Source: a virus
Taxonomy: Duplodnaviria; Caudoviricetes
DNA length: 25,345 nt
IMG/VR virus record: IMGVR_UViG_3300020045_001271
Location: 1 to 25,345 of that record
Direction: 5' to 3' (one strand)
Below are positions 1 to 9,412 of the stretch, piece by piece (positions within the stretch are counted from its first letter, which is position 1; every line of letters begins with the position of its first letter). The translations under genes and the position numbers were made by a program. A model generated the notes under the pieces. It did no database searches. It saw only the letters and a list, made by a program, of their open reading frames with translations, and had not been told where the DNA came from.

Positions 1-460
1 ACGGTTTCAAATCATATCCAACACCCGAAAATCTTTCGCCAGCCGTGTAAACTATTTCGCTTGTTAGTTCTTTGCCTTTATCGGTAACGCAAAACGCATT
101 TGAGTAAAACTCATTTCCATTGATTAAGTCGGTTATTTTAAGGAACAACGCTTTATAATAAAAATCCGTGTAAATTTTTCCAAACTCAAAATCGATTTGA
201 TAAATACCATCTTTCAAATATCCATCGTAATAAAATTTATCGGATATATCCATTATTACGTTTCCGCACGAATCAATCAAATCAACACGAATACCACCTA
301 CAAAATTAATATCAACTAATGAATTGGTTTTCTGTGAAATTAAACCATCGGTAAGTAATTGGATATACGGTCGCTTTTCAATGTAAACCGCTGGCGAATC
401 ATCACCACGTTTAGCACTTTCAAAGTCGTTTTTATATAATCGTAAGATTGCTATATCCAT
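1..460 (-). CDS. Putative tail structural protein, 3' end outside the window (not in the ORF track)
   Basis: Manual translation from ATG at 460 (MDIAILRLYKNDFESAKRGDDSPAVYIEKRPYIQLL...GVGYDLKP) is open to the window edge. It overlaps the stop of the 919-aa gene. Function inferred from position only. Confidence 0.75.
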   Translation of the reverse strand, partial: MDIAILRLYKNDFESAKRGDDSPAVYIEKRPYIQLLTDGLISQKTNSLVDINFVGGIRVDLIDSCGNVIMDISDKFYYDGYLKDGIYQIDFEFGKIYTDFYYKALFLKITDLINGNEFYSNAFCVTDKGKELTSEIVYTAGERFSGVGYDLKP

Positions 461-3210
461 GTATAAGCGTTTAATGCATTGACTAGGCTATTCATAGATG
501 AAAATTGTTGCCCGTTCAAAAGTACAAAATTATAGTTATACCAACTGCTAATAGGAACGCTTTTTTGTTTGTAAAACTGAATTTCATCGTTCTTGGTCAT
601 AAACCAATCCGCTGTGCCTTGTAAACTGTAAGGCGCATCATCTACATACAGCGTGTCGCCAATTACGTCAAGCTTCAAATATTCCGTTTCAAATTTACTT
701 AAAGCGGTTATATCTGCTTTAGCTGAAGCAAGCAAATAATCTAAATCACGAATAAATACACGTTTGAAATAACCGTCCAAGTCCCAAATAGAAACAAATC
801 CACGTTCGCCACTATCATAACGCTGTAAATATGACAAAACATCATTAAACGGTGCTACAATAGTCGATTTAACCATTTCAGAACCAACTAAAGGCGGTGG
901 CATATCATCGTGTAATATTGTGGCTTGCTCGATTAAAGGCGTTGTTTCTGTGATTAGTTGTGTTGCTAGTTCACCGTTATTCAAAAACTTTGCATTAACT
1001 AAGTCGCCTTTACTATCGTTTAAACAAGCTGAAATGTATAATAACCATCCGTCCTCATCAATTAAATTACGTTTAATGCTTCTGCGTAAATTTGGAAAAT
1101 CTTCGGGGGCAATACTGAAAAACTCATTTGTTTCTGTTTGCCATAAAACACCCGTGTAAAAGTGTTTAATCGAAACAAACCCAACACCGCTGTATTGACT
1201 AACTGGCGTTGTTGGTGTTAATTTAATCACGGTGGTGTTAATATCTAAAACTGTGTAAGTTCCAATATTAGAACCATCGATAATATAAACCGTGCTTCCA
1301 ATTGCCATACCTAAACCAGTCCAAACAATATTACTGTTATTCGACTGTCCTAAATCATCACGGTTAAGTATTTCCAAATGACCCGAAACCCATTGCATAT
1401 ACAAACGGTCTTTTATTACACTAAACGCATTAGGAGCAACCCTTACAGCTTTTTGTGCGTATAATTTATCATCTTTGTCGGTCGCTGTTGTGGTTTCTTT
1501 GAAAGCCAAATTAACCATGTCATTAGTATATATAGCATCACGCACCAATTTGTTTTTAATACCTCTTTCGTTGTTGGCTCGCTTATTCATAGGTCGCCAT
1601 TCCGACTGTGTGTGTATTGACTTACTCGAACCTTTTACGGTTTTTTCATTCTCGTAATTTTCGTAATCGTATGTAAGTTTATTGATTTGCAACGATGGAT
1701 TGAACGGCTCTTTATAACTTTCGCTAGGCAATACTTGAAAAGAACCTATTTCAATGTTTTGGTAAAAATGTGGATAGGTTGGAATAGATATTCCATTTTC
1801 ATTAATCTCAACATCACCTGATACTTCCATTGCCGTTTCATACACCATCTTTGGAGTTTGGTACATATGCAATTCATTGCCAACTACTGTTGAACGGTTA
1901 AAAACAAATGTATCATAGTCAGAACCTCCTACATCCCAACGTTTACATTCAGTTGGCAACGGGTTTGAAAATTTACCCGCTTGTTTTAATAAATCGCCAT
2001 AACGACTAGCTTTAATAACATAGTTCAAAGGTTTTTCTTTGACCGAAATAGTTAAACGGTGGTTTTGTACGTTGTTTGTAATTCTATAAGAAACTCCTAA
2101 AGGTGGTTCAACATCGGAAAATTCCGCATTAGCACTACATACATAATAAACATAAACCCGTTTACCTCTTTGAATAAAAGGTATTGTTAATTCAAGCGAA
2201 GTAGGAAAATTTACGCTAGTAAGTTCTTTACCAAACTCTATACGATGCATTTCGTAAGCGTCAAACGGTTCGGCTTCTAAATCGTTACCAACCACTACCA
2301 ATAATTCTGTATAACCGCTTGCCTCTAAAATTGTAGAATCGTCTGTTTCGCTATATGTACAATTTACCCGTGCGTCAATTTCAGTAAACGAAAACTTAAC
2401 ATCGTAACTGTCATTTTGCATTTCTAACTGTTGAAAACTACCCGTGTTATTAGGTATTTTTCTTGGTATTCCATTACTGTCTAGCCAACTAATAGCCGAA
2501 CTAGCATAAGTCGGATAAATGTATGATAAAGTGTTATTGATTTCTGACGCTTCAATTGCAAATGATGGATTTGCTAGTATAAATTGCGTACCCATTATAG
2601 GCAATATTGCTCCAGCCGTCGCACTACTACCAGCACCTTTAAAAACAGTTGTATTGAATAACGCTGGTGATTTGTACAAAAAGTCATATACCAGCATCGG
2701 TGTTATTGTATTACCTTGCCAATCCTTATCGCTATAAGCGTCAAATGTATTCTCTGCATTGCGTAAATGGTCTGCTACTGTACCAATTTGAACCATTTTA
2801 GGCTTTACATAGGTTTTGCCATCTGTAAAATCTTCGTCTTGCACATCACACTCGAACGTTTTAAAATCAACATCGAACTTTGTTATTTTGGCAAGTACTT
2901 TCATTTCTGAACCAGCTTTTTTGCGTGATGCTAAGAACCATTGCAAACCGTAGTCCATTAATTCACAAGTGTCCCCACGTGGATTTATAATGCGTGGTGC
3001 TGGCAACATATCTCCATACGCAAACGGAATAGTAACGCCGTCAATGGCAAACCATTCGCTTTCCATCGCCCAGCTTTTGTCTTTTGCTTTGCGTTGAAAC
3101 TTTGCGCCATCAAATCCAATCCATTCGGGCGTTTCATACCAATCGTCGTTAAAGTCGGTAAACTTAAAAAAGAACCTAAAACCGTTTTGTACTTCTAAAG
3201 GACTATTCAT
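451..3210 (-). CDS. Large tail-tip / minor tail structural protein (919 aa)
   Basis: Long beta-rich ORF directly after the tape measure gene; function from synteny. Confidence 0.65.
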   Translation of the reverse strand: MNSPLEVQNGFRFFFKFTDFNDDWYETPEWIGFDGAKFQRKAKDKSWAMESEWFAIDGVTIPFAYGDMLPAPRIINPRGDTCELMDYGLQWFLASRKKAGSEMKVLAKITKFDVDFKTFECDVQDEDFTDGKTYVKPKMVQIGTVADHLRNAENTFDAYSDKDWQGNTITPMLVYDFLYKSPALFNTTVFKGAGSSATAGAILPIMGTQFILANPSFAIEASEINNTLSYIYPTYASSAISWLDSNGIPRKIPNNTGSFQQLEMQNDSYDVKFSFTEIDARVNCTYSETDDSTILEASGYTELLVVVGNDLEAEPFDAYEMHRIEFGKELTSVNFPTSLELTIPFIQRGKRVYVYYVCSANAEFSDVEPPLGVSYRITNNVQNHRLTISVKEKPLNYVIKASRYGDLLKQAGKFSNPLPTECKRWDVGGSDYDTFVFNRSTVVGNELHMYQTPKMVYETAMEVSGDVEINENGISIPTYPHFYQNIEIGSFQVLPSESYKEPFNPSLQINKLTYDYENYENEKTVKGSSKSIHTQSEWRPMNKRANNERGIKNKLVRDAIYTNDMVNLAFKETTTATDKDDKLYAQKAVRVAPNAFSVIKDRLYMQWVSGHLEILNRDDLGQSNNSNIVWTGLGMAIGSTVYIIDGSNIGTYTVLDINTTVIKLTPTTPVSQYSGVGFVSIKHFYTGVLWQTETNEFFSIAPEDFPNLRRSIKRNLIDEDGWLLYISACLNDSKGDLVNAKFLNNGELATQLITETTPLIEQATILHDDMPPPLVGSEMVKSTIVAPFNDVLSYLQRYDSGERGFVSIWDLDGYFKRVFIRDLDYLLASAKADITALSKFETEYLKLDVIGDTLYVDDAPYSLQGTADWFMTKNDEIQFYKQKSVPISSWYNYNFVLLNGQQFSSMNSLVNALNAYTWI

Positions 3211-3212
3211 TA

Positions 3213-6200
3213 TTAGAATGATTGTTTGGTAAATGTAACGTGATTGTTTTTGATTTGTTTGCGTGTGTGACTGCTTGAAACGTACATATCAAATCCGTTT
3301 TTATCAAATGTAGGTTGATACTCCGTTTTGTTGTTAATTGCCGAAACTACATCTTTTCCTAGTTGGTGTAAGTCTTGGCGAATATCGATTTGAGGTTTAC
3401 TATCACTCATTCCAATACCAGCTGATTGCATCATGTTAGAAAGCGAAGTATTAAACAACACCTCGTTAAAATCTGAATTAAACATTAACTGTTTTGATTT
3501 TTCAGCGGTGTAAACCTTATCGCCGGCTTCTAATTTTGTCAGTACTGCGCCTTTATTGCTTCCTAAAGTTTTAACACGACCTTTTTTATCGGTAATAACC
3601 TCTGCGCCTCTTTCTTGTGTCCATGCTAAACCTTCTGGCGCATTATCCGTTCCTTTGTAAAACTCTGGCATTTTTTGGCTTGCTACTGTAATAGCTTGAG
3701 CCGCTCCGATTGCCCCAACTATGAAAGTTAAAGGTATTCCAAAGAATCCCGTTTTACCCAATGTAGCCATAATGGCTTGCGCAGTATCAATAGCAATGTT
3801 AAACAACGCTTGTTCTTTTTTGGCTTGAAACTCACGTCTTGCCAATTCTTTTCGTCTTTGTTCTGCTTGACGTTCAATCTCTGCAATAGCGTTTTCATCA
3901 CCATTTGCAAAAGCTATTGCAATTTTTCTTTTTGTTTCTAAAGCGTTCTTTTCGCTTTCAATATCAGCTAATCGTTTTTCATTAATCTTGCCGTAAATAT
4001 CTTGGAAAATATCAGCACTCGCTTGTAATGCTACTTTCCACTCCTCTTTCATTAACTTTGCACCCTCGATTAATTTATCAAAAGTACTTTGACCATTTGC
4101 GTCAATATCTAGGAATATTTTCAAAGAATTTAAACCTAATTGTTCTAGTCCTTTATTGATAAAATCAGTTTGAAAACTTCTTAAAAATTCTTGTGTTTTT
4201 TTATTGGCAATATCTAAAGGAGTTTCTAAACTTTCAATACCCTCTTTTAAATCTTTGTATTTTTGGATTATAGTATCGTATTCGCTTGGGTCTGCTTTAG
4301 CTAGTGCTTTTTGTTGCTCGATTTGAATCTCTAGTAAAGCAAGGTTTTTGTATTCGTCAAAAGCTAGTTGACGACCTTTTAATGTTTTGCTTTCGTCATT
4401 AGCAATTTTTTGATATTTCTTTTGATTTGATTTATTGATTTGCTCGTTTAACTTATCCGTTTCTTCAATGGTTTTTTTACGATACTTTTCTTCTTTTTCA
4501 AAAGTAGCTTTTAAAACTTTTTCGTTAAATTCCGCATCCGAGTAAGCATTCTCTTTAAACTTTTTACTGTAATTTATATCCGATAATTCCTTTTCATTAT
4601 TGTAACGAGCCGTAATATCCGCAATTGCTTTTTTGTATTCTTCAGCATTTTGTACATCATCAAAGCCGTTCTTTTTATTCTTTAAATAAACCTCGTTTGC
4701 TTTTTCTAAATCCTCTTTGAATTTCAAATCAGCTAAGGCATTTTCTTTGGCAAATTGTTCTTCTAATATTTCTAAAGACAAACGGCTGTATTCTTTTCTA
4801 GCTTCTAAACGCCCGTAATCCGTTGCGCTTTCATTATCTTGAATTTCTTTTTGAAGTAGTCTTAATTCTTCTAGTTTAGCTATTCTAAGGTTGAATAATG
4901 ATTCTGCTTCTGCGTAGTTGTTACGGATACGTTCTTTTTGTGCTTTGTTACCGTCTATTTGAGTGTCGTCTGACTTTTTTAGCACAGTTAAAAACGCACG
5001 AATAAAACCATCATATTTAGCTAAATCTTCATTAGCTTTTTTGATATATTCTCTTTTTTCTTTTACATCTTTATCCCAAACCGCTGGTTTAGCTTGAACA
5101 TCTTTAGCTTTTAAATAAATATCTTCTCTCTTTTTATAGAGTTTTTCAAGCATTTTTGTAGCGTATGCTTCTTGGTCAATTTCTTTTACATTAGCTTTTA
5201 TTTGTCTAGCAATTTTTTCTTCTGCGGCTTGACCTATTTTCTGTAAATATTCTTTTCTTTTATCTGCGTCTGATTTTAAATACTCTGCAATTTCATTCAA
5301 TCCTTTTGCACCATCTGAAGCCATTCGTTTAAATATTCTAGCAAATAAATTTTCTGAAGTATCTAAATTATCAATAAAATTAACCCATGCGTTACTTAAA
5401 CGATTTACAGAAGCTGTTAATGTATCTACATTATTACTGTTTTCAATTCCGTAAAGTTTTTCTAATTCTACAACCATTTGAGGCAATACCTCTGCCGACA
5501 AAACTTTACCGTCTTTCATTAACTTCATAAAAGAGGCTTCGGTAACTTTCAACTCTGGATGTAGTTTTTGATACGCTCTAACTAAAGCTTGAACAGAACC
5601 TGGCAATGCTTCGGCTAATTGCCCTCGTAATTCCTCTGCTTGCACCGTTCCTTTAGACATCATTTGGTTAATGGCTAAGAATGCTTTTTCTTGCTGTTGC
5701 AAAGACAATCCCATAAATCCAGCACTTTTAGCAATAGACTTGAAAATATTTTCAATTTCTTGTCTGCCTAACTTACTTTTAGCATTTACGTAAAACTGTG
5801 TGTATTGCGTCGTGAGTTGTTTTATTTCTAGCCCGTATTGCGAAGATATTTCTTTTAAAAATCTTTGTGCTTTTGCAAATTCATAACTAGACGAAACGAC
5901 GTTTTTTAAGGCTAATTCTTGGCTTTCTAATTGTTTTGAAATATTAAATACATTCAGTGCAAAATCTTTAAGCATGTACAATAGTCCAGACCATCCAAAA
6001 ACATAAGCTAGTTCAGAAAGTCCAGCAATTGTTCTTTCTCCCGTTCTGTTCCATTTTTGCACGGCTTGGTCTGCTTTTAAAACTTGCGCTTGTAACTTTT
6101 GAAATTCGCTTTGCGCCTCACGTAATTCTTTGTTGTATTGTCTTTGTGATTGCTCCGCTAATTTTCCTCTAGCTATGATGTTTTGGTAGTTGTCAGATGC

Positions 6201-6635
6201 TCTTTTTACTTTTTCGCTTAATTCTGCATAAGCTCCAGCCACAGCTCTTAATACCGATTTTTGAGTATTTAAAGCTATTGTATTTTGTTCTGTTGAAACA
6301 GTTATTTTCGCCTGTGTTTTTTCTAGTTCTCTTATAATTCTGGCACGTTCTTTTTCTAATTCAGAAACGTTTTTGGTAGATTTGCTATTTTCGTTTTGTT
6401 TTTCGGTTAATTTTTGAGTTGCTGATTGAACCTTTTTAATACTTGACTCTTGTTGTTTGTAATTTTCATTAAGTTGTTTAACGGCACTATCCGAACCGCT
6501 AGGAGTTTTAATGTTAATCATGTTTTCATTAACAGCCTTCATGTTTGCCGTAGTCTTAAGTAACTCGGCATTTAACTCTCGTAAATCCTTTAAAGCTGTT
6601 GGACTAAGTACTTCCAAAAAATCACCGTTTGCCAT
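3213..6635 (-). CDS. Tail tape measure protein (1140 aa)
   Basis: Long coiled-coil ORF with the tape-measure domain motif (AINQMMSKGTVQAEELRGQLAEALPG), hydrophobic segments, and a typical C-terminal FYKGT...ERGAEVI...LEAGDKV motif. Confidence 0.93.
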   Translation of the reverse strand: MANGDFLEVLSPTALKDLRELNAELLKTTANMKAVNENMINIKTPSGSDSAVKQLNENYKQQESSIKKVQSATQKLTEKQNENSKSTKNVSELEKERARIIRELEKTQAKITVSTEQNTIALNTQKSVLRAVAGAYAELSEKVKRASDNYQNIIARGKLAEQSQRQYNKELREAQSEFQKLQAQVLKADQAVQKWNRTGERTIAGLSELAYVFGWSGLLYMLKDFALNVFNISKQLESQELALKNVVSSSYEFAKAQRFLKEISSQYGLEIKQLTTQYTQFYVNAKSKLGRQEIENIFKSIAKSAGFMGLSLQQQEKAFLAINQMMSKGTVQAEELRGQLAEALPGSVQALVRAYQKLHPELKVTEASFMKLMKDGKVLSAEVLPQMVVELEKLYGIENSNNVDTLTASVNRLSNAWVNFIDNLDTSENLFARIFKRMASDGAKGLNEIAEYLKSDADKRKEYLQKIGQAAEEKIARQIKANVKEIDQEAYATKMLEKLYKKREDIYLKAKDVQAKPAVWDKDVKEKREYIKKANEDLAKYDGFIRAFLTVLKKSDDTQIDGNKAQKERIRNNYAEAESLFNLRIAKLEELRLLQKEIQDNESATDYGRLEARKEYSRLSLEILEEQFAKENALADLKFKEDLEKANEVYLKNKKNGFDDVQNAEEYKKAIADITARYNNEKELSDINYSKKFKENAYSDAEFNEKVLKATFEKEEKYRKKTIEETDKLNEQINKSNQKKYQKIANDESKTLKGRQLAFDEYKNLALLEIQIEQQKALAKADPSEYDTIIQKYKDLKEGIESLETPLDIANKKTQEFLRSFQTDFINKGLEQLGLNSLKIFLDIDANGQSTFDKLIEGAKLMKEEWKVALQASADIFQDIYGKINEKRLADIESEKNALETKRKIAIAFANGDENAIAEIERQAEQRRKELARREFQAKKEQALFNIAIDTAQAIMATLGKTGFFGIPLTFIVGAIGAAQAITVASQKMPEFYKGTDNAPEGLAWTQERGAEVITDKKGRVKTLGSNKGAVLTKLEAGDKVYTAEKSKQLMFNSDFNEVLFNTSLSNMMQSAGIGMSDSKPQIDIRQDLHQLGKDVVSAINNKTEYQPTFDKNGFDMYVSSSHTRKQIKNNHVTFTKQSF

Positions 6636-7215
6636 CTTTTTGCTTTTCTAGTTTTAATTTAGCTGATTTTTGCAATGCAATATATTTAGCCAATGTAATG
6701 CCGTCTTTAATTTCTCGGTCTAAAACATTTTCCATCGATACGATTTGGTCTTCAAACTCAACAACTGTTTTCTTACTTTTTTCAGTCATTTGCTCAAATA
6801 TGATTTTAGCTTGTGTCAAATCATTTTGTATAATTCCGATTTCAATAGTCAATACACGTAAAACCTCTGCTTCGAAATTCGCTTCTTTATCAATTACAAT
6901 ATCGTAACCAGTTTGTAACGCATCGATGAAATCTAAACGCATTTGCTTAGTTGTTTTATTATAATAGTAAAAATGCAAATCTCTTTGTAAAACAGCTATT
7001 TTGTAATTAAAAAAAGCAATCTCATTAATCAAACGTAAATACTCATTTGCTTCTTTGTTGTCCGACTTAATAAAAAATTCGTCATGTATGGAAATAAAAA
7101 CCTCTTCTAAACCTTTTTCACGTGGTTTGGGTTTTAGTAGCTGGTAGTTCTTTGTTTTTAATATATCAAAGAATACCTTAGCTTTTATTGTGTCTATATT
7201 GTGGTATTTAGGCAA
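6622..7215 (-). CDS. Putative tail assembly chaperone (197 aa)
   Basis: Helical ORF directly upstream of and overlapping the tape measure gene; positional inference. Confidence 0.5.
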   Translation of the reverse strand: MPKYHNIDTIKAKVFFDILKTKNYQLLKPKPREKGLEEVFISIHDEFFIKSDNKEANEYLRLINEIAFFNYKIAVLQRDLHFYYYNKTTKQMRLDFIDALQTGYDIVIDKEANFEAEVLRVLTIEIGIIQNDLTQAKIIFEQMTEKSKKTVVEFEDQIVSMENVLDREIKDGITLAKYIALQKSAKLKLEKQKDGKR

Positions 7216-7660
7216 TTTTATAATTCTTTTTAATATTAAACACTAACGTTAATCTATAAATATTGTTTTGTCGTTTCTCAAACCAATCTTGATTAATCCC
7301 TAAAATATCACGCCCGTATCTACCAATCAAATTATGCGTGTCATTCATTCCAAAGGTGTAACTTCCTTTTTTATTACCTTTATGTACAAATAAAGTCGAT
7401 GCTGTGCGTCTGCTTAACAATAAATCGACTGTGCCATCTGCTTTAGGGTTTAATTGTTGTTTGAAAATAGCGTATTCTGGATCACGATAAAAACCTATCC
7501 TTTCACCATTCGGGCGCAAACCTTGCTCAAACTCATTTATTTTTTCCTCTTTTAACGGCTTTTGGTCGCTTAGTACTATTTCCTCCATTATTGACTGAAT
7601 CGTTTGCAATCTTAATAACGGTTGTAGCCTCTTCTGGTATTCTGCTGGTGATATTGCCAT
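7208..7660 (-). CDS. Putative virion morphogenesis / tail completion protein (HK97 gp10-like, 150 aa)
   Basis: Basic protein with Y..FK...NP...VDLL and GRYGRDILGI motifs reminiscent of gp10-like neck proteins; lies in the tail module. Confidence 0.55.
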   Translation of the reverse strand: MAISPAEYQKRLQPLLRLQTIQSIMEEIVLSDQKPLKEEKINEFEQGLRPNGERIGFYRDPEYAIFKQQLNPKADGTVDLLLSRRTASTLFVHKGNKKGSYTFGMNDTHNLIGRYGRDILGINQDWFEKRQNNIYRLTLVFNIKKNYKIA

Positions 7661-7841
7661 CGTTTCCGCAATTTATACATTGTTTATCTTCTTGACCTTT
7701 AAGATTACTTAAAAAGTCATCAATTAAATCATCGTTGGTTTGTTTGGTACGCTTTTTAATCCATTGAACTTGCTCCATTACTGGCAAATCAATAAACTCT
7801 TGTGCGCAACTCCCGAATAAATGTTTTCCAAATATTTCCAT
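7533..7841 (-). CDS. Hypothetical tail-region protein (102 aa, MEIFGKHLFG...)
   Basis: ATG at 7841 with an A-rich leader (TTTTAAACAATATG). The track start at 7865 lies inside the terminator. The last 128 nt overlap the next gene. Confidence 0.65.
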   Translation of the reverse strand: MEIFGKHLFGSCAQEFIDLPVMEQVQWIKKRTKQTNDDLIDDFLSNLKGQEDKQCINCGNDGNITSRIPEEATTVIKIANDSVNNGGNSTKRPKAVKRGKNK

Positions 7842-7854
7842 ATTGTTTAAAATT

Positions 7855-7889
7855 AAAAAATGCAACCAAAATTAATTGATTGCATTCTC
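7855..7889 (-). terminator. Intrinsic terminator after the major tail gene
   Basis: Minus-strand stem AATGCAATCAA/TTGGTTGCATT (11 bp, one U-G) followed by a T-run. Confidence 0.75.
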
Positions 7890-7901
7890 ATTCCTATACT
7901 A

Positions 7902-7931
7902 CAAATGTAGTGAATTATTTTAACTATGCAA
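7902..7931 (-). promoter_or_regulatory. Bacteroidota-type primary-sigma promoter (TTG-N19-TACATTTG)
   Basis: -7 box TACATTTG (7909-7902) and TTG (7931-7929) with a 19-nt spacer. Shares ACTACATTTG with the portal promoter. Confidence 0.55.
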
Positions 7932-8847
7932 CTGGTGTAATCGCACTTGTTACCCCTTTGTAATATTTAGAGCCGATTTTCGCTACTGCAATAGTGTTTG
8001 TAGAATCATATAATGAAACCACAATACTTGAACTGGTTGTAATAGTCGCTGTTGGCTCGTATTCGTACTCTTCTGTGGTTGCGTTATACGTTAACGATAA
8101 AGCCGTAATAGTATCTGAAACACCGTCAACGTAACTTTTCAGATTAGCAATTGCAATACCGCCCAAAACGCTTGCTTCATTCATTGCGTATTTAGCTTTG
8201 AAGTAAACTTTACCCTCTGAAACATCAGCGCGCCCAGTCATTACGATATCAGTAATAGGAAACAAATTGTTTGCATTGAATCCTAAAACAGATTTGTCAA
8301 TAACAGCCGTGTTAAGGTTGTATTCGTCAGTAGAAGTAAGTTGTACTACCGTATTTACATATCCGCTTACTGACCCGTCAGTATGCATGAATGTACCAGT
8401 ATTTAACATTCCTAAAGAGTAACCGCTAAAAGTTGTTCCGTCTAAAGCCCCAGCAATGCTTCCATCTTCAAATACTAACAAAAGTTTGTAAGATTGAAAG
8501 CTGTTCATAGAGTACAATGCACGTGCGTAAGCCCATCCTTTAAGGAATTTAAAGGTAAACATTGGTAGTCCATTACGAACAACCGACATAATACCGCCTT
8601 GATACTCTTCTGTTGTTGCTTCTGGCGTTCCGTTAACAACTTCGACAGCTCCTAAAATAGGAATAAATGTACCAGCCTGTACTAAGTCGTTAATAACCGT
8701 TTGTGAAATTGTGCCAGAACTTACATCTATACTCCAAGATGGTGTTACTGGAATCATACCAGTAATTCTACCATTGTTAATGATACAGTCTGGAACTCCT
8801 AAATTTTTAACCGCACTTGTGCAGTTTTTTTGATTTATTGCAATCAT
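7924..8847 (-). CDS. Major tail (tube) protein (307 aa), possibly with a C-terminal accessory domain
   Basis: T/S/G/V-rich beta protein in the expected position, with a very A-rich translation start (8848-8867) and a downstream terminator, as expected for a highly expressed structural gene. Confidence 0.75.
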   Translation of the reverse strand: MIAINQKNCTSAVKNLGVPDCIINNGRITGMIPVTPSWSIDVSSGTISQTVINDLVQAGTFIPILGAVEVVNGTPEATTEEYQGGIMSVVRNGLPMFTFKFLKGWAYARALYSMNSFQSYKLLLVFEDGSIAGALDGTTFSGYSLGMLNTGTFMHTDGSVSGYVNTVVQLTSTDEYNLNTAVIDKSVLGFNANNLFPITDIVMTGRADVSEGKVYFKAKYAMNEASVLGGIAIANLKSYVDGVSDTITALSLTYNATTEEYEYEPTATITTSSSIVVSLYDSTNTIAVAKIGSKYYKGVTSAITPVA

Positions 8848-8865
8848 AATATTTTTTTTTATTTT

Positions 8866-9411
8866 TTAATTAATACAAATTTGTAAATCGTTACGGAAAC
8901 TCAAAACATCCAACACAATTCTAAAACAATGGTAAGGTTGAAAATCCATATCTTGACTACAACTAAAACCTCGATATACTTGGTCAAATTGTGTGATAAT
9001 TTCGTTTACTCTAACCTCTGGAATAAATTCCAAAATGTCAATCACATCTTTTCTGGCTTCATAATCGGCTCTATGGGTTGTAATCTGGGATTTAATCTCT
9101 AGTAAGTTAACTGTGAAATATAAATCTAATTGTGTTTCATAAATTCCGCTACTGTTTCTAACTTCTGTAATTGGATAAGGATTAGTAAACCAAAACTTAT
9201 TCTCTTCAGCGTAAATCAAATTTTTATAATCCACACCGCTGGTAAAATGCTCTATCGTGCGCTTACCCTCCTTTTCTTTACTATAACAAATCGGATAACC
9301 ATCTAACTGTGCATTGTTCCAAGTCGCTTTTAACGGCTCGTACAACGCTACTTGCAATTTGTTTACGATTGCTTGTAATCCGATTGGCGATGGTATTAAG
9401 TTGTTTGGCAT
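8866..9411 (-). CDS. Putative tail terminator / head-tail joining protein (181 aa)
   Basis: Size and position immediately upstream of the major tail gene. Confidence 0.5.
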   Translation of the reverse strand: MPNNLIPSPIGLQAIVNKLQVALYEPLKATWNNAQLDGYPICYSKEKEGKRTIEHFTSGVDYKNLIYAEENKFWFTNPYPITEVRNSSGIYETQLDLYFTVNLLEIKSQITTHRADYEARKDVIDILEFIPEVRVNEIITQFDQVYRGFSCSQDMDFQPYHCFRIVLDVLSFRNDLQICIN

Positions 9412-9412
9412 A

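Noticed and set aside
7533-7841. Lambda G/GT-type -1 frameshift in the tail chaperone region
   Set aside because: The downstream gene is in the +1 frame. The near-slippery T-AAA-AAG and C-GGA-AAC sites lead to early stops in the -1 frame.
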